A DNA stretch of 64,000 bases from Pyrinomonadaceae bacterium (GCA_046313635.1 JBKBYA010000005.1:93483-157482), one strand, 5' to 3'; shown: positions 28,229-39,689, counted from the stretch's first letter. Notes: generated by a model from the sequence alone, not told the origin. A program made the numbers and translations.

Positions 28229-29586
28229 ACTTTCTCCTCGATAACGAATGTCGGCACCATCCCGCCGCCGGCGGTGACGTTGGCCAGCTCCGACGACGAC
28301 AGCCGCGTAAAGGCCGAGCCGACGACGCCGTTAAAGAGCAGCGGGTCGAGATCGACAAGCTGCTCGGCCATAAGGACCTCGCCCGCGCCGCCGACCAGCA
28401 TCGGGAAGGGTTCTTTTGCCGTCTTGACGCGCTCCTGTACAAGATAATCGCCGGTCTTGAGCGCGTGCTCGACGGCGTCGTCCCACTCTGCCGAACTCAA
28501 GCTCCAGCCGATATGGATGCCGTGGCCGCCGTAATCGTCGTTTGGCTTGAGCACGAGCTTGTGCGAATTCTGCCGCGTCCATTCGACGAGATCTATTCGG
28601 GCGCCGGCGTATGTCGTCGCTCGCTCGACGAAGCTGCGCGTCCACGGCACATGCCGGGCGATCGCCGAGAGCTCGTCATCCGAAAACAAACTTGCATACC
28701 GCTCGTCGGTCAGCACCGAAAAGACCGCCTTCTTATGTATCAGCTTGCTGCGAAAGCTGTTGACCATGCAGACCGCTCCGGCGCGATACGCGTCAAGCAG
28801 CGCCGGATATTCGGCCATGATCGGCAGATATTCGTTGACGAGCAGGCGCTTGTAAACGATGTCGATATCCACGCCGCGAAACGACAATCTCTTACCGTCA
28901 AATTCCAGCTCCTGCGGCGTCGCGATGACCGAAGTGTAGCCGGCCGCTTCAAAGAACTCGCGGAACAGCTCAAACTCGGCCTGCGTCGGCAGCCCCGCGA
29001 GATCGACGATCGCGATCGTCGGCGGCTCGTCAGGCTCGCTGCCGCCCATAAACTCCAGATAACAGTCGAGCAGCACGGCGAGCATCTTTGAGCGCCCCTC
29101 GAAGGCCCGCAGCTCGTACCGCTCGGCAAACCGCTTCATCAGCGGCATTTCGAGAAAGATCTTGCTCGCCGAGTCGGCGTAAGCGATGCCCGCCGGACTT
29201 TCGCCGTTGAGCTCGACATAGCTGAAAGCTTCGCCCGTCAGGAACGAATCGAGCCGTGCCGTCGGTGAGACCATCGAGTAGCCGGGATCGATCTTTACAA
29301 GCTCGCGTTCGGTCTCGGTGATGCCGAGCTCGTCGAGCAGCGACTCGTCCTCGACTGCGGCATCCTTTACCTTTTGCAGCGCGCTCCAGACGGTCTCGGA
29401 GGCGGCCGTCACACGCGCCCAGTCGGCGGCCGAGACAAAGTGCGGGCGCAGATACGGCGACAGGCGGCGACCGCCAAAGATCAGCCGCGCCCGCTCGAGC
29501 CCGCTGTCGAGCGTCTCGAACGACGTACGCACAAGCTCGTCGTCGTCGAGCAGGCTGTGATAATGATCGACCGCGTCTTTGATCAT
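28225..29586 (-). CDS. Circularly permuted ATP-grasp (glutathionylspermidine synthase-like) ligase
   Basis: ARLDSF, VELNGESPAG, IVYKR, VPWT, LVLKPNDDYGGHGI.IGW, YLVQE, ANVTAGGG. Confidence 0.85.
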   Translation of the reverse strand: MIKDAVDHYHSLLDDDELVRTSFETLDSGLERARLIFGGRRLSPYLRPHFVSAADWARVTAASETVWSALQKVKDAAVEDESLLDELGITETERELVKIDPGYSMVSPTARLDSFLTGEAFSYVELNGESPAGIAYADSASKIFLEMPLMKRFAERYELRAFEGRSKMLAVLLDCYLEFMGGSEPDEPPTIAIVDLAGLPTQAEFELFREFFEAAGYTSVIATPQELEFDGKRLSFRGVDIDIVYKRLLVNEYLPIMAEYPALLDAYRAGAVCMVNSFRSKLIHKKAVFSVLTDERYASLFSDDELSAIARHVPWTRSFVERATTYAGARIDLVEWTRQNSHKLVLKPNDDYGGHGIHIGWSLSSAEWDDAVEHALKTGDYLVQERVKTAKEPFPMLVGGAGEVLMAEQLVDLDPLLFNGVVGSAFTRLSSSELANVTAGGGMVPTFVIEEKV

Positions 29587-29613
29587 CGTGATCCTTGACC
29601 TCTCGGGCTCTGT

Positions 29614-30012
29614 CTATTTTGCCATCACGATCAGCTGATCGTACTCGTCCCTGGTGAGCGGCAGCACAGAGAGCCGCGAGTTTTTGACGAGCGCGATATC
29701 TTTGAGCGACGGCGTCGATCTGATCTCGGCGAGCGTAACGGGCCGCTTGAGCTTTTTGCCGGCCGTCAGCTCGACCGCGACCCACGCTTCGTCGGTCGGG
29801 TCAGGAAAGTGCGCTTTCGAGACCTTGGCGTGGCCGACGACCTGCTTTTCGTCGCCCGAATGATAAAAGAGCACCTTGTCGCCCTTTTTCATCGCCAACA
29901 GATTGTTACGTGCCTGGTAATTGCGCACGCCCGTCCAATCCGTCTTCCCGTCCCTTATAAAATCGTCAAACGAATAAGACCCAGGCTCTTGCTTGACCAT
30001 CCAGTAGTTCAT
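29614..30012 (-). CDS. EVE domain protein
   Basis: YWMVKQEP, WTGVRNYQARN, MKKGD.VLFYHS, RLSVLP. Confidence 0.93.
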   Translation of the reverse strand: MNYWMVKQEPGSYSFDDFIRDGKTDWTGVRNYQARNNLLAMKKGDKVLFYHSGDEKQVVGHAKVSKAHFPDPTDEAWVAVELTAGKKLKRPVTLAEIRSTPSLKDIALVKNSRLSVLPLTRDEYDQLIVMAK

Positions 30013-30018
30013 ATGAGC

Positions 30019-30048
30019 GTGAATTGTGAATCGTAAATGGTAAATAGT
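30019..30048. repeat. Heptamer array, downstream arm of the inverted repeat around the four helix bundle gene
   Basis: gtgaatt-gtgaatc-gtaaatg-gtaaata-gt. Confidence 0.8.
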
Positions 30049-30110
30049 ACATCGCCGAAAGCTCGTCGTCGCACGATATTCTATCTCTCGCGACCTGGTC
30101 GGCCTTGGAA

Positions 30111-30482
30111 TCAAGTGGGATCGGTCGAACGGGCCTTCAGGTACGAGCTGAGCCCCGTGATCATGCGTCCGATCTCATCCAGGGCAATAGTCAGCTCGCC
30201 AAATTCCGCCTCGGACAAATAGTTCAGCCGCCTCGCAATTATCAGCTCCGTCTCAACCTCGCTCGCCGAGCCCTGCGCGATAGAGAGAAAATTCACAAAT
30301 TCCCTGGATGATTTCCGCGCCGCTCCCTCTGCGATATTGGCGGCGATCGACACCGCGGCTCGTCGGAGTTGGCTTGTCAATCCAGATCTCTCGTCACGCG
30401 GAAAGCCGTCGGTACATCGATATATCGCCACGCTGACGTCGACAGCCTTTTTCCAAACGTCGAGCTGATGATGTGGCCGCAT
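30111..30482 (-). CDS. Four helix bundle protein (23S rRNA IVP / Avd-like family)
   Basis: LDVWKKA, FPRDE..GLTSQLRRAAVSI.ANIAEG, FLSIAQGSASEVET.L motifs. Confidence 0.95.
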   Translation of the reverse strand: MRPHHQLDVWKKAVDVSVAIYRCTDGFPRDERSGLTSQLRRAAVSIAANIAEGAARKSSREFVNFLSIAQGSASEVETELIIARRLNYLSEAEFGELTIALDEIGRMITGLSSYLKARSTDPT

Positions 30483-30510
30483 CTATTGACTATTTACCAT
30501 TGACGATTGG
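30483..30510. repeat. Heptamer array, upstream arm of the inverted repeat around the four helix bundle gene
   Basis: ctattga-ctattta-ccattga-cgattgg; 30489-30508 is 19/20 complementary to 30029-30048. Confidence 0.8.
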
Positions 30511-31101
30511 CTACTTACCCTTCTGCGCTTCCGACGCTTTCTTGTTCAGCCATTTGGCCCAGCGTTCAAGGGTCGGGCGGAACGGCTTGAAGAGCCGGGC
30601 GCGGAAGCCGTTGTTCTGGTTGGCGGCGGCCCAGGCCTTCAGGTTCTTTTCGGCGTACTGGCGGATCTGCGGCTCGAGATTCTGCTTCTTTACCGAATGC
30701 CGTAGCGTCAGGTAATAGTGCTGGCCGACAAGCGAAAAGATAAGTCCCGCGAGATTGCCCTTGAAAGCGCTCTTGGCCATCATACGCTTGCCCCAGCCCT
30801 CGGTCGGCTGCAGCAGAGCGCCCATCGAGACCTCGGCCCACGGGGCCTGATTGCCGGCCCGCGGATGATACAGCCCGGGCAGGTCGCCCTTGACGGGCAC
30901 GTCCATCTTTTGAATGCGGGGATCGTTGATAAAGTCGACGAGGCGGATCTTTTCGAGACCGCGTACGTGCTCGGTCGGGAGCGAGTCGATGACCTTAATT
31001 ATGGTCGCCTCGGTGTCTTTGGGCAGCTCGATGGTTGATTGGTTCTCGACTCGGACCTTTGTGATCTTTGCGGCCTTTTGGCCTGCGGTTTCGATAGGCA
31101 T
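30511..31101 (-). CDS. Hypothetical protein
   Basis: 196-aa ORF with normal composition heading the minus-strand run, divergent from lpxC. Confidence 0.75.
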   Translation of the reverse strand: MPIETAGQKAAKITKVRVENQSTIELPKDTEATIIKVIDSLPTEHVRGLEKIRLVDFINDPRIQKMDVPVKGDLPGLYHPRAGNQAPWAEVSMGALLQPTEGWGKRMMAKSAFKGNLAGLIFSLVGQHYYLTLRHSVKKQNLEPQIRQYAEKNLKAWAAANQNNGFRARLFKPFRPTLERWAKWLNKKASEAQKGK

Positions 31102-31284
31102 AACTTGTTGACTCGCCTAAATTCTAATGTCTGCCCCGCGAATAGTAAATTGCGGTCGGCTGTTGCGCGGCAACGACATCAGGTGCCGCGACGCAACAGT
31201 GGTGTCGGGCGAACGGCCGCCTTTTCGCGGTTTCTGCGGCAACGTCGGTCGGCACGCCGGTTGTATCGCCGGAGGGCGATAACA

Positions 31285-32133
31285 ATGGACCAGACCACCA
31301 TCGCACGACCGATCGAATTCAGCGGCGTCGGCCTCCATACGGGAGTACCGGTGAACGTCGCGCTGAGGCCCGCACCGGTCGACACCGGGTACGTTTTTAT
31401 ACGCACGGACCTCGACAACTTTGAGCTGCCCGCGTCGGTCGAGTACATCTCGCACTGCAGCTACGCGACCACGCTGATGCGTAACGGCGTCGTGTTATCG
31501 ACCTGCGAACATCTGCTGGCGGCGCTGCGCGGCTCGGGCGTCGATAACTGCTGGATCGAGATCGACAATATGGAGGTTCCGATCCTCGACGGCTCGAGCG
31601 AGAATTTTGTCGAGCATATCGAGGCTGCCGGCATCGCGTCTCAGAACGAGCCGCGCCGCAGCCTGCGGATACTAAAAGAGGTCGAGGTTGACCTCGGCGA
31701 CCGGCGGATGTCGATATCGCCATCGGACCGTTTTGAGATCGAGTGCGTGATCGAGTTTCCGCATCCGCTCATTCGACGGCAGTCCCGAACGTTCGTGCTC
31801 GATAACGGGTCGTTCGGCCGCGAGATCGCGTCAGCCCGTACATTCGGCTTCACGCACGAGATCGAAATGCTGCGCAAAGCCAACCTCGCTCGCGGCGGGT
31901 CGCTCGACAACGCCATCGTGCTGACCGACGACGGCATGCTCAATCAGGACCCGCTGCGGTTCGAGGACGAGTTCGTCCGGCATAAGATCCTCGACATCAC
32001 CGGCGACCTGGCACTGCTCGGCATGCCCGTCAAAGGCCGCGTTTTCGCCGAAAGGAGCGGTCACGCCGTACACGCCCAGCTGATGAACAAGCTGCTCAAA
32101 GAGCCCGACGCGTGGGAGATCGTCCTTGCGTGA
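31285..32133 (+). CDS. lpxC: UDP-3-O-acyl-N-acetylglucosamine deacetylase
   Basis: GVGLHTG, EHLLAAL, EVPILDGSS, ARTFGF, GGSLDNAIV, HKILDITGDL, GHA. Confidence 0.97.
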   Translation: MDQTTIARPIEFSGVGLHTGVPVNVALRPAPVDTGYVFIRTDLDNFELPASVEYISHCSYATTLMRNGVVLSTCEHLLAALRGSGVDNCWIEIDNMEVPILDGSSENFVEHIEAAGIASQNEPRRSLRILKEVEVDLGDRRMSISPSDRFEIECVIEFPHPLIRRQSRTFVLDNGSFGREIASARTFGFTHEIEMLRKANLARGGSLDNAIVLTDDGMLNQDPLRFEDEFVRHKILDITGDLALLGMPVKGRVFAERSGHAVHAQLMNKLLKEPDAWEIVLA

Positions 32134-32234
32134 CACCCGCGGAATGGTCGTTGCCTCTCGGTGAGAGAAGCGCGAATTGTGTACAGAATATTTCCTACGC
32201 AGTTCGACGTCTCCAATAAACCAGGAGGTAAGCG

Positions 32235-32438
32235 ATGCCAAAAGATCCGACAAGAAACCAACCGAACTACAAGATCGACGGCGGCCATCTTAACGAATAC
32301 GAATACGAACAGAATAAAGGCAGCATGACCGAGGAACAGACCGGCATGCCCCGCGACTCGACGGCCCAGAGATCAAATTCAGGCGGAGAGAACGAAAAAG
32401 ACGATCTGCCAAGCCATAGAGCAGAACGAAACAATTGA
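32235..32438 (+). CDS. Small hydrophilic hypothetical protein
   Basis: AGGAGG RBS, 67 aa, hairpin downstream. Confidence 0.7.
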   Translation: MPKDPTRNQPNYKIDGGHLNEYEYEQNKGSMTEEQTGMPRDSTAQRSNSGGENEKDDLPSHRAERNN

Positions 32439-32457
32439 TCGCGTTTGACTCGTGAAG

Positions 32458-32489
32458 AAAAAAGAGGTCGCCTGAAAAGGCGGCCTCTT
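32458..32489. terminator. Terminator-like hairpin; U-tail on the minus strand
   Basis: AAGAGGTCGCCT-gaaa-AGGCGGCCTCTT preceded by an A-run. Confidence 0.7.
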
Positions 32490-32860
32490 GATCATTTGGT
32501 GAGACGCGGCTGTGCCGAGAGTGCTGTGCCGGAGGCGCGTCGCATTTCCGGCGCGGCATTTTCTGATTTCTTCAAGGCCGTGCAGTGCATCCCCCGAGCA
32601 TCGCCGTTACTTCCCTTTCAGCCTGCAGAAGCCGGTCAACGGAAAGCAGGAGAGGCGCTATCACTTCGTTCCGATCGCAAAGGCTGCCGTTACCCCAGGC
32701 TATAGATCTCGAGATCAGACATCTGCGGAACCAAAGTCGCCGGCCCGCCGTGATGAGCGAGGTCTTGTTGCGGAATTTTGAGGTCCCAAGGATTTTCGTT
32801 ATCAGACGCGGCTCTCTGTCGCACCGGCAGCGTGGCGTTGCTCGTCGCCGCTTCGCAAAA

Positions 32861-34480
32861 CTATGTACGCCGGTCGTCCCAATCCGGCGTGTGAAAAACT
32901 CCTTCTTTGTCGACCCGCTGGTATGTGTGGGCACCGAAAAAGTCTCGCTGTGCCTGTATCAGGTTGGCCGGCAGCCGCTCGGAGCGGAACGCGTCGAAGT
33001 ATGCAAGCGACGCCGACATCGCCGCGACCGGCACGCGAGCCTCGGTAAATCGCGCGACGATCTTTCGCCAGTCGCCACGCTTCTCGTTGAGCAACTGCGC
33101 GAAGGCGTGGTCGAGCATCAGATTGGGAAGCTCTTGATTCTCGGCGTAGGCGCGCCGCATTTCCTCGAGCAGTGCGGAGCGGATGATGCAGCCGCCGCGC
33201 CAGATGCGTGCGATCTCCGAGAGGTCGAGCCCGTACTCTTTCTCGACCGAAGCGGTCTGGAGCAGCGACATCCCTTGCGCGTACGTGACAATGAACGAAC
33301 AGAGCAGCGCGTTGCGGAGCTCGTCGACAAATGCCGCCGGATCGTCGCTGTGCTCGCTGCGTATCTCGTCGTGCTTGGTCGGGCCGCTTTCGCCGTCGAC
33401 CGGAAACTCGGCTTCGACGATCGATTTGCCGCTCAAGCGATCTTTCTGAATGTGGCTCGCGGTGGTCTCGACGGCCTCTGCGGCGAGTTGGGCCTTGAGG
33501 TCGTGCTGCGGCTCGCTGGTCACGCTTTCGCCGTCGGCGGCGGCGGGCGGGACGCTCGACTCGAGCGTGCCGAATTTTTTTGCGATCAGCATGCGGATCT
33601 CTTTTTGCGACGAGATCTGCCGCATCGCGACCGCCGTATCGATCGTCGGGATCGGCACGCCGAGGTCCATCGCCGCCTGCGACGTCCATTTGCCCGTACC
33701 TTTTTGCGCGGCCTTGTCGAGGATCATTTCGACGAGCGGCAGGCCGGTATCGGCGTCGACCTTGCGGAGCACCTCGGCGGTGATCTCGATCAGGAACGAA
33801 TTCAGTTCGGACGCGTTCCACTCGGCAAAGGTCTCGCTCATCTGCGCGTAATCCATCTCGAGTACGCGGCGCATAAAGTCGTACGTCTCGGCGATGATCT
33901 GCATCAGACCGTACTCGATGCCGTTGTGCACCATCTTGACGAAATGCCCCGCCGACCCGCGTCCCATATACGCCACGCACGGCTCGCCGTTGACCTTGGC
34001 CGCGACCGACTGCAGGATCGTCTCGACACGCTCGTAAAACTCGCGCCGCCCGCCGGGCATGATGCTCGCGCCGTGGCGGGCGCCTTCTTCGCCGCCGGAG
34101 ACACCGACGCCCATGAATTCGATGCCCTTTTCGGCGAGCGCCCTCTCGCGGCGTTCGGTATCTGAGAAGTGAGAATTTCCGCCGTCGATGACGAGATCGT
34201 CCTCGGTGAGAAAGGGCATCAGATCTGCGATCACCGAGTCGACGATCGGCCCGGCCGGCACTAGGAGCATTATGTTTCGCGGCCGCTCGAGCATCGAGAC
34301 AAATTCGCCGATGCTCGCGGCCGACGATACCGGCCTGCCGTGTCCTTCCGCTGCGAGCAGCTCGCGTTTTGCGGGGTCGACATCGTACCCGACACAAGCG
34401 AAACCGTGATCGGCAACGTTTAGGAGAAAGTTGCGCCCCATCGTCCCGAGGCCGATCATCCCGAACTGAGCCTTGTCCAT
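32861..34480 (-). CDS. gndA: 6-phosphogluconate dehydrogenase, NADP-dependent, with a long internal insertion
   Basis: GLGTMG.N, IDGGNS, GVSGGEEGA, KMVHNGIEYG, QKGTGKWT, IWRGGCIIR, QAQRDFFGAHTY. Confidence 0.96.
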   Translation of the reverse strand: MDKAQFGMIGLGTMGRNFLLNVADHGFACVGYDVDPAKRELLAAEGHGRPVSSAASIGEFVSMLERPRNIMLLVPAGPIVDSVIADLMPFLTEDDLVIDGGNSHFSDTERRERALAEKGIEFMGVGVSGGEEGARHGASIMPGGRREFYERVETILQSVAAKVNGEPCVAYMGRGSAGHFVKMVHNGIEYGLMQIIAETYDFMRRVLEMDYAQMSETFAEWNASELNSFLIEITAEVLRKVDADTGLPLVEMILDKAAQKGTGKWTSQAAMDLGVPIPTIDTAVAMRQISSQKEIRMLIAKKFGTLESSVPPAAADGESVTSEPQHDLKAQLAAEAVETTASHIQKDRLSGKSIVEAEFPVDGESGPTKHDEIRSEHSDDPAAFVDELRNALLCSFIVTYAQGMSLLQTASVEKEYGLDLSEIARIWRGGCIIRSALLEEMRRAYAENQELPNLMLDHAFAQLLNEKRGDWRKIVARFTEARVPVAAMSASLAYFDAFRSERLPANLIQAQRDFFGAHTYQRVDKEGVFHTPDWDDRRT

Positions 34481-34594
34481 ATCTCGCGATTATACGACCG
34501 CGACAGGGCCTGCGCTACCGGGTATGGGCCGCGGCCCGTCCCGCCGCACGAGCGAGAGCTTGACCGCCGGGATGCGTCTGCTAAATTCGTAGCA

Positions 34595-35506
34595 ATGACA
34601 CCGCTGAACGAGGCAGTTCGCCCGACGACCCTTATCCAATCTGCAAAGCTCCGCGACATGCTCGGGCTTGATATAACGATCGCTGCCGAGACGTTTCAGC
34701 ATACGGGCAGTTTCAAATTTCGTGCGGCTTACAATCTGGCGTCGAACGTCGTCGAGGACGCGATCCTGACGGCCTCGTCGGGCAACTTCGGCCAGGCCCT
34801 CGCGTACGCGTGCAAGCTCGTCGGCAAACGCTGCACGGTCGTGATGCCGGAGACCTCGGCAAGAGTAAAGATCGAGGCGGTTCGCCGCTTCGGCGCGACG
34901 GTCGATCTCGTTGACACGACAAAGATCGGGCGCGGCGAGCGCGTCGCTCAGCTCGCCGAGCAAATGCCCGACGCATATTTGGCGAGCGCGTATGACGACG
35001 ACCTCGTTATCGCCGGCAACGCAACGCTCGGCGACGAGCTGGCTCCGATGGATTTCGATATCGTGATCTCGCCGGTCGGCGGCGGCGGTCTGATCTCGGG
35101 GCTCGTGACCGGGCTCGCCCGCAGCGGAGCTCGGGCCGAGGTCGTCGGGGCCGAACCGCTGCTCGGCAACGACGCCGCCCGCTCGCTGCGCGAGGGCAGA
35201 CTGATCGCCAACGAGGCGGAGCCCGCGACCATCGCCGACGGGGCCCGGACGCTCTCGCTGGGCAAGCGTAACTGGGCGATCATTCGCGAATCGGTCCGCG
35301 AGATCGTCGAGGTGCCTGACGACAACATCGCCGATGCGGTGCGGATGTATTTCGAGACGGCGAATTTGAAAAGCGAACCGACCGGAGCTCTTTCGCTCGG
35401 CGCCCTTCTCGAGCGGCGGGAGCGGTTTGAGAGTAAAAGGATCTGTCTGGTCGTCAGCGGCGGCAACGTCGACGCGAGCGTTTACGCAGATCTGATCTCC
35501 AGGTAA
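34595..35506 (+). CDS. Threonine/serine dehydratase family PLP enzyme (no regulatory domain)
   Basis: TGSFKFR, ASSGN, PVGGGGLISG, TIADG, SGGNVD. Confidence 0.9.
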   Translation: MTPLNEAVRPTTLIQSAKLRDMLGLDITIAAETFQHTGSFKFRAAYNLASNVVEDAILTASSGNFGQALAYACKLVGKRCTVVMPETSARVKIEAVRRFGATVDLVDTTKIGRGERVAQLAEQMPDAYLASAYDDDLVIAGNATLGDELAPMDFDIVISPVGGGGLISGLVTGLARSGARAEVVGAEPLLGNDAARSLREGRLIANEAEPATIADGARTLSLGKRNWAIIRESVREIVEVPDDNIADAVRMYFETANLKSEPTGALSLGALLERRERFESKRICLVVSGGNVDASVYADLISR

Positions 35507-35535
35507 AAAACGGCGGCCGTTCGAGCCGCCGTTTT
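35505..35535. terminator. Bidirectional terminator between convergent genes
   Basis: AAAAAACGGCGGC-loop-GCCGCCGTTTT. Confidence 0.8.
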
Positions 35536-35555
35536 CAATTTTCTGCCCTCGCAGC

Positions 35556-37235
<1,680 letters not shown>

Positions 37236-37245
37236 TTTTAACCAC

Positions 37246-38484
37246 CTATCGCCGTCCGCTGAAGGGCCCGGACGATATCGTTTGAATGATGGGCAGATAG
37301 ATCGCCAACAAGATCGTGACGACGATCACCGCCATGAACAAAAGTATCGCCGGCTCGAGCAGCGTCGTCAGCTGCTCGAGCTTGACCTCGGCCTCAGCGT
37401 CGTAAAAGGCGGCGACCTCGTCGAGCATCTCGCGCAGGCTGCCCGACTTTTCGCCGATGCCGATCATGTCGAGGCCGAGCTCCGGGATCCAATTCGCCTT
37501 CTCGAGCGCCTCAGTAAAGCCGCGGCCTTCGCGGATCATCGACGAGACCGCCTGACTTCGCCGCCTCAGCTCGAGATTGTTGATAGCCTGCGAGGCTATG
37601 TCCCACGAATCGGGCACCGTGATGCCGCCGGACAAAAGCGTCGACAGCGAACGCGCTAGCTGCGCCGTCGCCATCTGGCGGATCAGAGTTCCGATGATGG
37701 GTATGCGCAGCAGCGCCCGGTGCAGCATCAATCGACCAGGCTCGGTCCGGAGCCAGCTGTAGATCGCGACTCCGACGACGACGGCGAGCGGCAAAAGCCA
37801 CCAGATATTCGAAGCGATGCCGGACGATACCGCGACGACGACCACCGTAACGGTCGGCAATCCGCGATTCGCAGCGAGGCCTCGAAAAAGGTCAGACATT
37901 CGCGGCACGATATAGAGCGTCAAGAAAGACGCCATTCCCATCGCCGCGATCAGAAGGAACGCCGGATACGCCAGCGCCCCGCGCAGTTTGCGGCTCACGC
38001 CGACGCTGCGGCGCAGGTACTCGACAAAGCGCTCGAGCACGTCGTCGAGCGCGCCGCTCTGCTCGCCCGACAAGATCGACGCCGTATAGATCGGCGGAAA
38101 GATGCCCTGCATCTCAAACGCCTTTGACAGCGGAACGCCGCTCTTTATCTTTTCTTCGACGTCGGCGAGCACCTCACGCAGGCGCGCCGAGGCAGAACGC
38201 GCCTTGAGCAGGCTGATCGACTGCAGCACCGGGATACCCGCTCGCAGCAGTGCCGACAGCTGCTGGTTAAAGAGCAGAAAGTCGCCCTGCTTGATCTTTG
38301 AGCCGTGCTTGCCGCCGCCGAGTGAGAGCACCGACGACAGGCCGCGTTCCGCGGGCGAGACCGAAAAGACCTTGAATCCCTCGGTCTCGAATCGGGCCCG
38401 CGCCTCTGCGGCGGCCGAAGCTTCGACGATCCTGGTGATGATCTCTCCCGACGGAGTGCCGAGCCGGCAGATAAATTCAGACAT
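37246..38484 (-). CDS. GspF/PilC family platform protein
   Basis: QLSALLRAGIP, GEQSGALD, ALAYP, IGEKSGSL, LLEP. Confidence 0.93.
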   Translation of the reverse strand: MSEFICRLGTPSGEIITRIVEASAAAEARARFETEGFKVFSVSPAERGLSSVLSLGGGKHGSKIKQGDFLLFNQQLSALLRAGIPVLQSISLLKARSASARLREVLADVEEKIKSGVPLSKAFEMQGIFPPIYTASILSGEQSGALDDVLERFVEYLRRSVGVSRKLRGALAYPAFLLIAAMGMASFLTLYIVPRMSDLFRGLAANRGLPTVTVVVVAVSSGIASNIWWLLPLAVVVGVAIYSWLRTEPGRLMLHRALLRIPIIGTLIRQMATAQLARSLSTLLSGGITVPDSWDIASQAINNLELRRRSQAVSSMIREGRGFTEALEKANWIPELGLDMIGIGEKSGSLREMLDEVAAFYDAEAEVKLEQLTTLLEPAILLFMAVIVVTILLAIYLPIIQTISSGPFSGRR

Positions 38485-38690
38485 CTTGATAGTGTGGAAA
38501 GCCGGCGAGATCGGTCGGCGCCGGCGGCACGATTATAACACGCGGCTTTGCTGAAATTGTTCCCCGCGAAGCGGGCCCGCCCGCTCTCCGGCCGTCAAAA
38601 CAACCAAGCTCCGACATCGAACATCAAAAATATTGCACAAGTATCGAGGCTCACATAAACTTGTTCAATAGTTTTTCTCCGGAGACTTCT

Positions 38691-39686
38691 ATGGCCGAAG
38701 GCGCTTCCTTTTTCGTGGGTCGGAACCTGACTGTTTCGCCTGCGATATCGGCATTTTTCCTCATCCTCATCCTTGCGCCGCTGCTATTCGGTCAACAGGC
38801 CCAGCCGTCGCCGCCGGTCGAGGACGACAGCCGCGAACCCGTCAGGGTCAAGACCGATCTCGTCACGCTCACGCTGACCGTCACCGATCTGTACGGACGA
38901 TACGTATCGGGCCTCAAGCGGAATGCGTTCACGGTCATGGACAATGGTCAGGAGCAGGAGATCACCTTTTTCAGCGACAGCGACGCGCCCGTTTCGCTCG
39001 GGATACTTTTTGACGTCTCGGGATCGATGAGCGGCGAAAAGATCGGCAAGGCCCGCAAGGCCCTCGAGCGGTTTGTCGCCACGAGCCATCCGTCGGACGA
39101 GTACTTTCTCATCGCATTCAACAGTCGCGCTCAGCTGCTCCTGGACCGCACGCGAGACGGTGACGCCGTCCTCCGCAAGCTTACCCTCGTCGAACCAAAA
39201 CGCAACACGGCACTCTACGACGCGATGTACCTCGGCGTCGACCGAGTGACCCGCGGTTCACATCAAAAGAAGGCCCTGCTGATAATCAGCGACGGCCAGG
39301 ACAATTCTTCGCGTTACAACTTTAACGAGGTCCGAAAGATGATGAGAGAATCGGACGTCGTCACCTACGCGGTCGGCATAATGGACGGCGGCGACGCTCG
39401 CAGCGGCCTCGGGATGCAGGGCCAGGCCCTGCTGGACGAGCTGACGTCGATCACGGGCGGACGGGCCTTTTTCCCCGCGACGGATGTCGAGATGGACGAG
39501 ATATTCGAGCGGATAGCGCTGGAGCTGCGGCACCAGTATTCGGTCGGTTATACGCCCAAGGACTTTAAGCCCGACGGCAGCTATCGCAAGGTCAAAGTTA
39601 AGGTCAAACCTCCCCGAGGATTGCCGCGTCTAACGGTGCGAAGCCGAGACGGATATTTCGCCGTCCCGAGAACGACGTATCGCTAG
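38691..39686 (+). CDS. VWA domain protein (VWFA-related acidobacterial type)
   Basis: TDLVTL..TVTD, DVSGS MIDAS, TALYDA, ISDGQD, ELRHQYSVGY; start uncertain. Confidence 0.9.
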   Translation: MAEGASFFVGRNLTVSPAISAFFLILILAPLLFGQQAQPSPPVEDDSREPVRVKTDLVTLTLTVTDLYGRYVSGLKRNAFTVMDNGQEQEITFFSDSDAPVSLGILFDVSGSMSGEKIGKARKALERFVATSHPSDEYFLIAFNSRAQLLLDRTRDGDAVLRKLTLVEPKRNTALYDAMYLGVDRVTRGSHQKKALLIISDGQDNSSRYNFNEVRKMMRESDVVTYAVGIMDGGDARSGLGMQGQALLDELTSITGGRAFFPATDVEMDEIFERIALELRHQYSVGYTPKDFKPDGSYRKVKVKVKPPRGLPRLTVRSRDGYFAVPRTTYR

Positions 39687-39689
39687 AGA

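Noticed and set aside
32490..32860. 370-nt gap downstream of gndA as RNase P RNA, tmRNA, 6S or a CDS
   Set aside because: I found no signature motifs of those RNAs, and the ORFs there look random; left unannotated.
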